Shown here piece by piece: positions 1 to 11,800 of a stretch of 64,000 nucleotides of DNA. Position 1 is the first letter of the stretch. Every line of letters starts with the position of its first letter. Origin of the DNA: Acidimicrobiia bacterium (GTDB taxonomy: Bacteria; Actinomycetota; Acidimicrobiia; Spongiisociales; ZC4RG35); the NCBI GenBank assembly GCA_965203555.1, contig CBDBCY010000004.1, forward strand, positions 288,001 to 352,000, read 5' to 3'. The notes under the pieces were generated by a model. It did no database searches, was not told the origin of the DNA, and saw only the letters and a list, made by a program, of their open reading frames with translations. A program made the translations under genes and the position numbers.

Positions 1-2592
1 CATTCGATCGCCTACCGGGCCTTTTACGCTCTGCCGAAAGACCTGGCCACGTCCTCGGGACAGGTGACCAACGCGGTGTTCGGTTTCACCCGCATGCTCA
101 TCAGATTGCTGGCCGACGAGAATCCCGAAGCTCTGGCGGTGGTCTGGGATGTTTCCCGCCAGACCTTCCGCACGGAACTGTTTCCCTCCTACAAAGCCCA
201 ACGGTCCCGTACTCCCGATCTCCTCACCCCGCAGTTTTCCCTGCTGCAGGACTTTTTGGAGGCCCTGGAAGTGCCCCAACTCCGCAAGGAGGGTTTCGAG
301 GCTGACGATGTGATCGCTTCTCTGGCGGGACGGGCCACCGCCGGGGGATGGGAGGTGCTGGCTGTCACCGGTGACCGGGACGTGTTCCAGTTGGTGGACG
401 AGCACTTCCGGGTTCTGTACACCCGTCGAGGGGTCAGCGACACGGTGAAGGTGACGCCCGAGTGGGTGGAGAAACGTTATTCGGTGCCTGCATCGCGATA
501 TGTGGAGGTGGCGGCTCTGCGAGGAGACAATTCCGACAACCTGCCGGGGGTCCCGGGAGTGGGGGAGAAAACCGCCGCCAAGTTGATCAAGCAGTACGGG
601 GCGGTGGAGGAGGTCTTCGAAAACCTCGATGAACTGACCCCGAGGCTTCGCTCCAACCTTTCCCGGAACCGGGCGCAGGTGCTGCTCAACAAGCAACTGA
701 TCACGCTGCGCCGGGACGTGGAGCTGGAAGTGGAGATCCCCGAACTGGTACGCCGGGCCTGGGACGTCGAACGGGTCCGTGAACTGGTCACCTCGCTGGA
801 ATTCTTCAGTCTCTGGTCCGATCTTCAAAACGTGCGGGTGGGGGGATCCGAGCCCGAAGTGGGCAGGCCCGAGGTGGAGACCCGGGTCCTGAGGACGGAC
901 CAGGCGGTGGAGGCTCTGGGCGATCTCGATCACCTCTACCTGGAGATGGTGCGTGACGAGCACTTCCTGGGGTTGGCCGTGCGGGAAGGAGAAGACCGGG
1001 TCGCCCTGATCCCCGAGGACCTCCTGCACGCCATGGAGGGTATGCTGGCCGATCCGCGACTTCCCAAGACAACCCACGACGCCAAGCCCCTGATCCGCTG
1101 GCTGCGATCCCGGGGACTGGAGTTGGAGGGCCTGGAGTTTGACACGGCCCTGGCCGCCTATGTGGTCAACCCGGCCACCGGGCGGTACCAACTCGATGAG
1201 TTGGCCGAGCGGATGGTCGGCTTCTCGCTCACCGAGGACGTGCGGGAAGGGGATCGTCCCGCCCAGGGCAGCCTGGTGTTCGACCCGGGGCCCCGGTTCG
1301 AGCAGATCGGCCTGCGAGTGGAAGCCATCGCCCGGCTGGTGGATCCCCTGCGCTCCGAATTGGAGGAGCGGGAAGAAATGGAACTCTTCACCGAGGTGGA
1401 GCTTCCCCTGGTGGCGGTGCTGGCGGAGATGGAGGATGCCGGAATCGGCGTCGACCGTGAATACCTGTTGGAATTGAGCGGGAGACTGAGAGCGAACATA
1501 AAAAGACTGGAGGAGGGCATCTTCGAGTTTGCAGGGGGAGAATTCAACGTCAACTCCACCCTGCAGTTGCGGGAGGTGCTGTTCGGAACACTCGGCCTTC
1601 CGGTGATCAAGAAAACGGCCACCGGCAAACCCTCCACCGACGCCTCGGTGCTGGGCAAACTGCAACACCCCATGGTGGATCTGCTACTGGAGTTCCGGCA
1701 ACTGGAGAAGATCCGTTCATCCCACGTGGACGGTTACGTCTCGCTGATAGACGCCGATGGGCGGATTCATACCCGGTTCAACCAGATGGGCACCTCCACC
1801 GGTCGGGTTTCCTCGGAGAACCCCAACCTTCAGACCATTCCGATCCGCACCGAAGTGGGACGGACGGTGCGGCGGGCGTTTGTTGCGGCGCCGGGGCATT
1901 TGTTACTGGTGGCCGACTATTCGCAGATCGAACTGAGGGTGCTGTCGCACATGAGCCGGGATCCGCAGTTGGTGGAAGCCTTCTGGGCGGATGTGGACAT
2001 CCACACCGCCACCGCCGCCCGGGTATTCGACGTCGACTTCTCCGGCGTTACGGCCGACATGCGGAGACGGGCCAAGACCATCAACTTCGGTCTCCTGTAC
2101 GGCATGGAGGCATTCGGGCTGTCCCAGCGGCTGAACATCTCCCGGGAAGAGGCCGCCGAGCACATCGAGGCGTATTTTGCCCAGTTCCCGGCAGTCAAGT
2201 CATTCATGGACGGAATGGTGCTCGAAGCCCGCCGCAAGGGATACACCACCACGCTTTTCAAACGGCGCCGCTATCTGCCCGAATTGCGAAGCGACAATTT
2301 CCGGATCCGGCAGATGGGCGAACGGATGGCCCTGAACGCACCCGTACAGGGAACTGCGGCGGACATCATCAAGAAGGCGATGATCAGGCTCTCTCCTCAG
2401 CTTGGGGAGGTGAGTCCCGCCTGTCGGCTGCTGCTTCAGATCCACGATGAACTGGTCATAGAGACACCGGAGGAAGACCTTGCCGATGTGGCGGCTCTGA
2501 CGGTGGCGGTAATGGAGGGTGTGGCGGAACTGGCGGTACCGCTCAAAGTGGATGTAGCATCAGGGAGAAATCTGGGGGAATGCAAGGGCTGA
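1..2592 (+). CDS. polA: DNA polymerase I (5'-truncated by window edge)
   Basis: Frame is open from base 1 (HSIAYRAFYALP..GQVTNAV). 5'-3' exonuclease motifs (EADD, GDNSDNLPGVPGVGEKTA) and family-A polymerase motifs (ADYSQIELR, KTINFGLLYG, QIHDEL). Confidence 0.98.
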   Translation, partial: HSIAYRAFYALPKDLATSSGQVTNAVFGFTRMLIRLLADENPEALAVVWDVSRQTFRTELFPSYKAQRSRTPDLLTPQFSLLQDFLEALEVPQLRKEGFEADDVIASLAGRATAGGWEVLAVTGDRDVFQLVDEHFRVLYTRRGVSDTVKVTPEWVEKRYSVPASRYVEVAALRGDNSDNLPGVPGVGEKTAAKLIKQYGAVEEVFENLDELTPRLRSNLSRNRAQVLLNKQLITLRRDVELEVEIPELVRRAWDVERVRELVTSLEFFSLWSDLQNVRVGGSEPEVGRPEVETRVLRTDQAVEALGDLDHLYLEMVRDEHFLGLAVREGEDRVALIPEDLLHAMEGMLADPRLPKTTHDAKPLIRWLRSRGLELEGLEFDTALAAYVVNPATGRYQLDELAERMVGFSLTEDVREGDRPAQGSLVFDPGPRFEQIGLRVEAIARLVDPLRSELEEREEMELFTEVELPLVAVLAEMEDAGIGVDREYLLELSGRLRANIKRLEEGIFEFAGGEFNVNSTLQLREVLFGTLGLPVIKKTATGKPSTDASVLGKLQHPMVDLLLEFRQLEKIRSSHVDGYVSLIDADGRIHTRFNQMGTSTGRVSSENPNLQTIPIRTEVGRTVRRAFVAAPGHLLLVADYSQIELRVLSHMSRDPQLVEAFWADVDIHTATAARVFDVDFSGVTADMRRRAKTINFGLLYGMEAFGLSQRLNISREEAAEHIEAYFAQFPAVKSFMDGMVLEARRKGYTTTLFKRRRYLPELRSDNFRIRQMGERMALNAPVQGTAADIIKKAMIRLSPQLGEVSPACRLLLQIHDELVIETPEEDLADVAALTVAVMEGVAELAVPLKVDVASGRNLGECKG

Positions 2593-2707
2593 GGCATTTG
2601 CGGACCCGTTTTAATTTGCGGGCGGCAGTTGGCTGTGCCAAACTAAATAGTATTCCAGCGGTGTTTCCCGCGCCTTTGTATCAGAAAGGACTTATCCCTA
2701 CCCACTA

Positions 2708-4078
2708 ATGAACGAAGAAAATATAGACCTGCCCGTCGAGGAGGCGGCGGCGCCGGGTTCGACTCTGACTGCGGTCTTGGAGGAAGAGCCGAAGGCGGAA
2801 GTCCTCACCACGGAAAGTGGCGATTCCGATGATTCAGACGATAAAGCCGAATTGCTGGATGATGAAGCCATATTCGAACAGGCCCTGGGACGCAACATCA
2901 GGGTTTTCAAGGAGAACGAGTTGGTGGAGGGAACAGTTGTCAGCGTCGACATCGAAGGAGCGTTGGTCGACATCGGTTTCAAATCAGAGGGTTTGATACC
3001 GGCCAACGAGCTTTCCATCAGAAAGAATGTCGATCCCCGCAAAGTGGTGTCGGTGGGAGACAGAGTGGAGGGGATAGTGCTCACTCGCGAGGACGAGAAC
3101 GGCCGTCCCATCCTCTCCAAGAAGCGGGCTCAGTACAAGCGCGCCTGGAGCAAGGTGGAAGAGATCCACAAGAACGGCAAGTCCGTCAAAGGGACTGTCA
3201 TCGAGGTGGTCAAGGGGGGTCTCATCGTGGATATAGGGCTTCGAGGTTTCCTCCCGGCCTCGCTGGTCGGGTTGCGCAGGGTGTGCAACCTGCATCCCTT
3301 TGTGAACACCGACATAGAAGCCAAAGTCATCGAACTCGACCGCCAGCGTAACAACGTGGTCCTGTCCAGGCGGGCCTTCCTCGAAGAGGAGCAGGCGGAA
3401 GAGCGGGACAACTTCATGAACCAATTGGTGGAGGGTGAAACCCGCGAGGGGACCGTGTCTTCGGTGGTGCCTTTCGGCGCCTTTGTCGATCTGGGCAAGA
3501 TGGACGGATTGGTCCATGTCTCCGAACTGGCCTGGACCCACATCAGCCACCCGTCGGAGGTGGTGGAGGTGGGCGCCACGGTGACGGTCAAGGTGCTGGA
3601 GGTCGACCGGGAGCGTGAGCGTATCTCGCTGTCGATGCGCCAGACCCTCGAAGACCCGTGGTCGGTGTTCTCCCAGGCTCACGAGGTGGGAAACATCATC
3701 GAGGGCAAGGTCACCAAGACGGTGCCGTTCGGAGCTTTCGTCGCCATCGCCGACGGGGTGGAAGGGTTGGTGCATGTGTCGGAGATCGCCATGCACCGGG
3801 TGGAATCTCCCGAGATGGAGCTTTCCATCGGCCAGGTGATCAGAGTCAAGATCACCGAGTTGGACACCAACCGCCGGCGGGTGAGCCTGTCGGTGAAGCA
3901 GGCCCTTCCCGAATGGAAGACTCGCAAGCAAAAAGCCCGAACGTCCCGTCCCCGCCGTGAAGAACGGCCCCGTCCGGTCAGGGAGAAGCCCGAGAAGGAG
4001 CGCCGGGCGGTCAGGGTGGATTCTTCGCTGGAAGCGATTCTGGAAGAGCTCAAGAAACGGGGGATCGGGGGGAGATAG
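2708..4078 (+). CDS. rpsA: 30S ribosomal protein S1
   Basis: Four S1 repeats (VDIGFKSEG, GLRGFLPAS, FGAFVDLG..DGLVHVSEL, GVEGLVHVSEI); actinobacterial length; polA-rpsA-coaE-uvrB synteny. Confidence 0.97.
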   Translation: MNEENIDLPVEEAAAPGSTLTAVLEEEPKAEVLTTESGDSDDSDDKAELLDDEAIFEQALGRNIRVFKENELVEGTVVSVDIEGALVDIGFKSEGLIPANELSIRKNVDPRKVVSVGDRVEGIVLTREDENGRPILSKKRAQYKRAWSKVEEIHKNGKSVKGTVIEVVKGGLIVDIGLRGFLPASLVGLRRVCNLHPFVNTDIEAKVIELDRQRNNVVLSRRAFLEEEQAEERDNFMNQLVEGETREGTVSSVVPFGAFVDLGKMDGLVHVSELAWTHISHPSEVVEVGATVTVKVLEVDRERERISLSMRQTLEDPWSVFSQAHEVGNIIEGKVTKTVPFGAFVAIADGVEGLVHVSEIAMHRVESPEMELSIGQVIRVKITELDTNRRRVSLSVKQALPEWKTRKQKARTSRPRREERPRPVREKPEKERRAVRVDSSLEAILEELKKRGIGGR

Positions 4079-4100
4079 TCCTCCCCGGCCCGGCGGCAAG

Positions 4101-4691
4101 ATGAGCCGAACTCCCCCCCGGGTGGTGGTAACCGGCGCAATAGGGTCCGGCAAGAGCCTGCTCTGCTCCCTTCTCTCCGATTTGGGCGTGGTCGTCGTCG
4201 ATGCCGACCGTCTGGGTCACGCGGTGCTGGAGCCCGACGGTGAAGCCTTCCGACAGGTGTGCGAGCGTTGGCCGCAGGTGGTGTCGAAGGGCAGGATCGT
4301 CAGGTCCCGCCTGGGCGAGATCGTCTTTTCCGACCCGGCGCAACTCTCCGAACTGGTGGCGGTCACCCACCCTCACATCCGGTCGAGGATGATGGCAGAG
4401 GTCGACCGATATCCGAGCCGCCCGGTGGCGGTGGAGATCTCGGCGCCGTCGGAGAAGGTCCTGCCTGCGTGGCCGGTGCTGGTGGTGGACGCCGATCCCG
4501 TGACTGTTCACGGGCGTTTGCTGGGACGGGGAATGAGCGAGACCGATATCGCCGCAAGGAAAGCATCCCAGCGTTCCCGCCGGGAGTGGCTCGACATGGC
4601 CGATCAGGTGGTCCGCAATGACTCTGACGTGGTTGCATTGGCCAAACAGGCGCGCAGCGTTGCTCAAAGAATGGGCCTGTTGTCCCAGTAG
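4101..4691 (+). CDS. coaE: dephospho-CoA kinase
   Basis: ATG at 4101; [10 protein letters not shown]-loop, DAD motif, [13 protein letters not shown]; follows rpsA. Confidence 0.92.
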   Translation: MSRTPPRVVVTGAIGSGKSLLCSLLSDLGVVVVDADRLGHAVLEPDGEAFRQVCERWPQVVSKGRIVRSRLGEIVFSDPAQLSELVAVTHPHIRSRMMAEVDRYPSRPVAVEISAPSEKVLPAWPVLVVDADPVTVHGRLLGRGMSETDIAARKASQRSRREWLDMADQVVRNDSDVVALAKQARSVAQRMGLLSQ

Positions 4692-4713
4692 TCCGATACG
4701 ATTCGGCCCAAGC

Positions 4714-6723
<2,010 letters not shown>

Positions 6724-6828
6724 AAACAACTCTTAGGTGAGTTCGCTATTGGAATCTGACCCGATAGCAGTCCCGGATAGATAGCCTCGAAAAGCCGCAA
6801 TAGCCCGTTGTCACAGCAGGGAACTACA

Positions 6829-7083
6829 ATGACAGACGTGTGGTTTATGAATCTTGGCCTGCGGTGCTTGCGGATGGCTGGTATCTCGTTTCTCTACGGA
6901 GTAGCGATCATTGCAGGTTTGTGGGTCTTGTGGATATTGTTCAAGAGATCGCTCAATCCCCTCTTTGCACCACTGGGTATTGATCTACACAGCCTTGAGT
7001 GGCCTCGATTCCCTACGTGGACAATGGCAGCCGCGATCACAGGGTTAGTAGTGAATACTCTCACTGGCAAATCAACCAGATGA
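6829..7083 (+). CDS. small hypothetical membrane protein
   Basis: Visibly lower-GC ORF with two hydrophobic stretches filling the gap after uvrB; no recognised family; start uncertain (6808 or 6829). Confidence 0.45.
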   Translation: MTDVWFMNLGLRCLRMAGISFLYGVAIIAGLWVLWILFKRSLNPLFAPLGIDLHSLEWPRFPTWTMAAAITGLVVNTLTGKSTR

Positions 7084-7131
7084 TGGCCGCATTCGAATTG
7101 ACGTAGGGTCGCCCGAGGTCCTGTTACACCT

Positions 7132-8373
7132 TCAGGATGTTTCGAGCCTCCCTTCGGTGTCCTTGTAGACCCGGCCGCCTTTGATCACGGCCACGATCCG
7201 GTCGGGGTCGGCGAACAGTTCGATCTCATCCAGCGGTTTGCCTTCCACCAGGATGAGGTCGGCGTCCTTGCCCACCTCCACGGTGCCGATGCGGTCTTCC
7301 ATGTAGAACAGGTCGGCGTTGCCGGTGGTGGCGGTGGCGATGGCCTCGGCCGAACTCATGTACCTGGCCTTGTTGAGTAATTCTCTACCACGCTTGTCCT
7401 GGAGAGGGCCGACTATGTCGGAGCCCGAGCCCACCTTGACACCGGTCTCGCTCATGATCTCGATGCTGCGGTTCACCTCCGCCTTCACTGCTTTGAGTTT
7501 GGTGATCTGTGCCGGTGTCAGTCTTGCCGCTTCCGGGTCGGCCAGCAGGTCGTATTTGACCGACAGGGTCACCACCGCGAAGGCGTCTGAGTCAACGATC
7601 CGCTGAGCGGCGTCCTCGTCGAGAATGCTGGCGTGCTCGATCGAGCGGATGCCTGCCGACAATGCCCGGCGGATGGCGTCGGAGGTGTGGCAATGAGCCA
7701 GCACGTAGGTGTGCCAATCGGCCGCCGCCTCCACTGCCGCCCGAAGTTCGTCGTAACTGAACTGGAGGCTGTCGAACGGGTCGGTGGGGGAGAGGACCCC
7801 GCCGGAGCTGAACACCTTCAGTTGGGTGGCGCCCTTGCGCAGTTGCTCACGGGCCGCCCGGCGCACCTCGTCGACACCGTCCACTATCTCGGGAGTGGCC
7901 GAAAGTCCGGGAATGCTGCCCCGGGGATGCACGATGTGATGAGCGGGGCGCAGGTCGCCATGGCCGCCGGTCTGAGACAGCACCGAACCCGAGGGCAGTA
8001 TCCTGGGGCCGTCTATCACGCCCTGTTCCACCAGCCGCGCCCAATGGGGATCCAGACCTCCCGCGTCCCGGACGGTGGTAAAACCCTCCTGGAGGGTGTT
8101 CTCGATCACCCGCCGAACGGTGAACACGTAATCGATCCAGGGCAGGTCGCCGATCCCGCCCGCCGGGTCGACCAGACCCATGTGGACGTGGGCGTCGGTC
8201 AGCCCGGGCATCAGGGTCAGCCCGGTGGCGTCGATCACCTGGTCGGGGGAACTGGCCGCGCCGGCGCCGATGCCGCTGATAACTGAACCGGAGATCGCCA
8301 CATCCATGCTCGCCCGGGGGTCGGCGCCGGTGCAGTCCAGCAGTTCTGCGTTTCGTATTGCAAGGCTGGTCAT
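7132..8373 (-). CDS. metal-dependent amidohydrolase (Xaa-Pro dipeptidase-like subgroup)
   Basis: MPGLTDAHVH, GFTTVRDAGG, SQTGGHGD, AHCH, SIEHA, GSD motifs; start overlaps the stop of the upstream gene. Confidence 0.9.
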   Translation of the reverse strand: MTSLAIRNAELLDCTGADPRASMDVAISGSVISGIGAGAASSPDQVIDATGLTLMPGLTDAHVHMGLVDPAGGIGDLPWIDYVFTVRRVIENTLQEGFTTVRDAGGLDPHWARLVEQGVIDGPRILPSGSVLSQTGGHGDLRPAHHIVHPRGSIPGLSATPEIVDGVDEVRRAAREQLRKGATQLKVFSSGGVLSPTDPFDSLQFSYDELRAAVEAAADWHTYVLAHCHTSDAIRRALSAGIRSIEHASILDEDAAQRIVDSDAFAVVTLSVKYDLLADPEAARLTPAQITKLKAVKAEVNRSIEIMSETGVKVGSGSDIVGPLQDKRGRELLNKARYMSSAEAIATATTGNADLFYMEDRIGTVEVGKDADLILVEGKPLDEIELFADPDRIVAVIKGGRVYKDTEGRLETS

Positions 8374-9422
8374 CGGTCGCTTCCTTCCCGGTAGTCGAGT
8401 TGCAACTCGGGGATGACAAAGTTCCCCCGGTCGATGATCTGTTTGTCGTCGACCCAGATCGAGTGGTTGCGGGTGGGAATGTCAAAGTGGAAGGGCACCC
8501 GGTTTTCCCCGTCGAGGCCCCGCATGAAGTTGGAGCCGAATGCGATCAACATGTTTCCGTAGTAACTCTCCGTGTCCATCACTCCGCCCAATTCCCAAAA
8601 GCGCAACCCCATCGCGTTCCAGTCGGCGCGATGCTCGTATCCCCAGCCGATGTGGGATACCCCGTACGCCCGCTTGTCGCGGGGTAGCTCGAAGTAATCC
8701 TTGGTGAGTCGGGCATCGGCGCCGCCTTCCATCGAGACAATGTTTCCCTCCCGAAGTTCGATGCGGATGGGAGACATGATGTAGCGACCCAGGGGTATCA
8801 GGCAGTCGGCCTCGTCGAGCACGAGCGTTCCTTCCGCCGAGTGCTCCAAGGGGGCCACCGCCACCTGACCCGACGGCCAGTGATCCCAGCGGCCGGGGGT
8901 GTCGGAGTATCCGTACTGGATTCCAACCGGGCGTCCCTCGTAGCTGAGAGTCAGGTCGGTCCCCGCCTCGGATTGGATTCGCAAGGTGGTTCCCTCTTCC
9001 ATCAGCGCCTGACTGACCTCTGCCCGCCGGCGGATTTCGGGGGTGGGGAACATACGCCGGAGGATGTCCTCGGGTTCTTCGATCATCAGGGTGCGCGCTC
9101 CGGCGTCAAGAGCGGCGTTGTGGGCGTCGCTGTAAATCCATCCCGTGGTCACAGTCGCCACCACCAGGTCGGATCCGCTCCAGGCGTCGACGATCGCCCT
9201 CGACTTCATCCACTCCTCGTCACTGGCCACCACGATCTGGAAGAAGTTGGCGCCAAGCACCCGGGCGGCGCCGGCCAGCGCCGTGACGTAGGCTTCATTG
9301 CTCATAGTGTCGGTGAAGCCGAGCACTGTCTCGCCCGGTTGGACATTACACAGCTTCAAATGATCTCGGAAGAGAGGAACCAGTTCCGCTCCGGCTGCCG
9401 CGGTGGTCGGGACTCGACGCAT
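8370..9422 (-). CDS. NicX-like non-heme Fe(II) ring-cleavage dioxygenase (2,5-dihydroxypyridine dioxygenase / M29 peptidase fold)
   Basis: YGYSDTPGRWDHWPSG, SAEGTLVLD, YGVSHIGWG and HFDIP closely match NicX motifs; AAGGAG RBS before the ATG at 9422. Confidence 0.8.
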   Translation of the reverse strand: MRRVPTTAAAGAELVPLFRDHLKLCNVQPGETVLGFTDTMSNEAYVTALAGAARVLGANFFQIVVASDEEWMKSRAIVDAWSGSDLVVATVTTGWIYSDAHNAALDAGARTLMIEEPEDILRRMFPTPEIRRRAEVSQALMEEGTTLRIQSEAGTDLTLSYEGRPVGIQYGYSDTPGRWDHWPSGQVAVAPLEHSAEGTLVLDEADCLIPLGRYIMSPIRIELREGNIVSMEGGADARLTKDYFELPRDKRAYGVSHIGWGYEHRADWNAMGLRFWELGGVMDTESYYGNMLIAFGSNFMRGLDGENRVPFHFDIPTRNHSIWVDDKQIIDRGNFVIPELQLDYREGSDR

Positions 9423-9511
9423 GGGAATCTCCTTGTTGGGGATGCTCTGCGTATAGTAAAAACGATGTTCACGGCCGTTCGCCTTCACTCCGGTTCTTTC
9501 CCCCTCCGGCC

Positions 9512-10558
9512 ATGAGTCTGCGATTCGGTCTGATCGGCACGGGTGGGGGAGGTCACTTGTTTGCCGGGGCGCTGGCGATGCGGCCAGGCGGCGGCCGGTT
9601 GACGGCTGTTTGTTCCCGCAACCGGGAAAAAGCCACTGCCTTCGGTTCGACCTACGGCGTGACCCAAGTCTTCACCGACTGGCGTCAACTGATCGGGTCT
9701 GGCGGCATAGACGCGGTGTGTCTGGCTTCACCCACCGGCGATCACGCCCCCATGGCCATCGCAGCCGCCGGCCAGGGCTTGCATGTTCTCACCGAGAAGC
9801 CGATGGCCAACACCGTGGCGGACTGTGATCGGATGATCGAAGCCGCCGACCAGATGGGCGTGACGCTGGGATGCATCTACATGTACCGCTTCATGGATAC
9901 GGCCCTTCGGATGAAAGAGGCGGTGACCGGCGGTTTGATCGGGCAGCCCCTGATGGCGGAATGCACCGGATTCTCCTACCGCGACCAGCCCTATTACGAC
10001 TCGGGTGAATGGCGGGGCAAGTGGGAGAGCGAGGGAGGCGGGTCGTTGGTCACCCAGACCAGCCACACGCTCGATCTGATGATCTGGATGCTGGGCGACG
10101 TGGAGGCGGTGGCCGGGTTCTACACCACCTCCCCTCTCCATCGGATCGAGGTGGAGGACCAGACTTTCGGAGTCCTGCGGTTTGCCAACGGCGTGCTGGC
10201 CACCGTGGCGAGTACCACCGCGGCGGTCAATCCCCGGCCGCGCAGCCTCACCATCCGCGGAACCAGGGGAACTGTGGGTCTGGTTGACGATGATCTGGAG
10301 CAATGGGACGTGCCCGGCGGTCCTTCACCCGAGATCGAAGAGTTGATGAGCGCTGCTCCGGTCGACCGGGGGGACACTCTCACCATGTCCGGCTACGCCG
10401 ATCCCACCTTGCACTTCCGCCAGATGGAGGACTTCGTGACGGCGGCGGCCGAGGGAAGGGCGCCGTTGGTGGATGGTCTACAGGGTCGTCGCACCACCGC
10501 CGTGATGGAGGCCCTGTACGAGTCCTCCCGCAGGGGACAGGTGCTGAAGCCGGCGTAA
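9512..10558 (+). CDS. Gfo/Idh/MocA family oxidoreductase
   Basis: GLIGTG Rossmann start, HVLTEKPMA, WRG..ESEGGG, HTLDL. Confidence 0.92.
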   Translation: MSLRFGLIGTGGGGHLFAGALAMRPGGGRLTAVCSRNREKATAFGSTYGVTQVFTDWRQLIGSGGIDAVCLASPTGDHAPMAIAAAGQGLHVLTEKPMANTVADCDRMIEAADQMGVTLGCIYMYRFMDTALRMKEAVTGGLIGQPLMAECTGFSYRDQPYYDSGEWRGKWESEGGGSLVTQTSHTLDLMIWMLGDVEAVAGFYTTSPLHRIEVEDQTFGVLRFANGVLATVASTTAAVNPRPRSLTIRGTRGTVGLVDDDLEQWDVPGGPSPEIEELMSAAPVDRGDTLTMSGYADPTLHFRQMEDFVTAAAEGRAPLVDGLQGRRTTAVMEALYESSRRGQVLKPA

Positions 10559-10691
10559 CAAGCCTGGTGCAGGCTGTCGCGGTATACAGTCTCCGAATAC
10601 CCTGACACGGGCGAAGAGCAGCACAAACACACCTGGGCGGTGCTCCACGACGGTCTGACATTCGGTTCGGGCCGGTACGAGTAGACCGGTT

Positions 10692-11714
10692 TCAGCTTCC
10701 TCCGGCGGCGGGGATGAATATTCCTTCTCCCAGAGGGTCTTTCGGGTCGAGCACCAGTTGGTTGAATCCGGTCAGATAGGCCGATCCGGTGATGGTGGGG
10801 ATGATGGCCTTTCGTCCTGCGACCCTGGTCTCGGCTTTGACGGTTCCAGTGAACATGGTGTTGAGGACGCTCTCGTGGACGAAAGTGTCTCCCACTTCCA
10901 GTTCTCCCCTCCCGAAGTGCCAGGCCATGCGGGCGCAACTTCCCGTCCCGCACGGAGAGCGATCGAACCCCAGGCCGGTGGAGGTGGCCATGTTCTGGCC
11001 ATCGGCGCCCGGGCTGCTGGGAGGTCCGAAGAAGAGCAACTGGTCGACATGACCGGGCGTTCCCTCCGGCCAGTCGTCCCGTTCGGCAAGTATCCGGTTC
11101 AGGCCCAGGCGGATGCGATGACTGAGCGCCACCAGGTTGGGAATCGAGTCCACCGCAATCGGCAGGCCGGTCTGTTCCACGTCCACCAGGGCAAACCAGA
11201 TACCGCCGAAGGCGATGTCCGCCTTGAATATTCGCCCGTCAAGATTCACCTCAAGCCCGGTCGCGGCCACCCAGGAGGGAACTCCCTGGAAGGTGACCGA
11301 CGTCGCCTTGGTCCCTTCGACGGTGGCTTCCGCCGTCACCAGTCCGCTCAGGGTTTCTACCACCACCTTGGTCACCGGCTCCCTGGGCTCGATCTTGAAG
11401 GTTTCGAGCAAGGTGGTGACCGTACCGATCAGGGCATGCCCGCACATGGTGAGGGATCCGAGCGAGGAGAGGATCAGGATGGAGAGGTCCGCGTCGGGAT
11501 GGGATGCAGCTACGGGAAGGACCGCATGCCACGGAGCGTGACCCCGCGGCTCTCCCACCAGCATCTTGATCAGATCCGAATGGTTGGCCAGCAGATCCGC
11601 TTCCTTCTCTGCCAGGGTGGCGCCCTCCAGTGCGGGAAACCCGTCGGTCACCACCCGAGTCGGCTCTCCGACAGTGTGGGAGTCGATGACATGCAAACGG
11701 CGAATGAAGGCCAT
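10692..11714 (-). CDS. proline racemase / hydroxyproline epimerase family protein
   Basis: DSHTVGEPTR, EPRGH, MCGH and DRSPCGTG (both catalytic Cys present). Confidence 0.92.
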   Translation of the reverse strand: MAFIRRLHVIDSHTVGEPTRVVTDGFPALEGATLAEKEADLLANHSDLIKMLVGEPRGHAPWHAVLPVAASHPDADLSILILSSLGSLTMCGHALIGTVTTLLETFKIEPREPVTKVVVETLSGLVTAEATVEGTKATSVTFQGVPSWVAATGLEVNLDGRIFKADIAFGGIWFALVDVEQTGLPIAVDSIPNLVALSHRIRLGLNRILAERDDWPEGTPGHVDQLLFFGPPSSPGADGQNMATSTGLGFDRSPCGTGSCARMAWHFGRGELEVGDTFVHESVLNTMFTGTVKAETRVAGRKAIIPTITGSAYLTGFNQLVLDPKDPLGEGIFIPAAGGS

Positions 11715-11800
11715 AGGAGGATCCGTGGATTGGGGGAAGACTGTCCCATGCTAAATTTTAGGTTTGTCTTCCAGCAAATCGCACAAAGGGTAAAACAACC

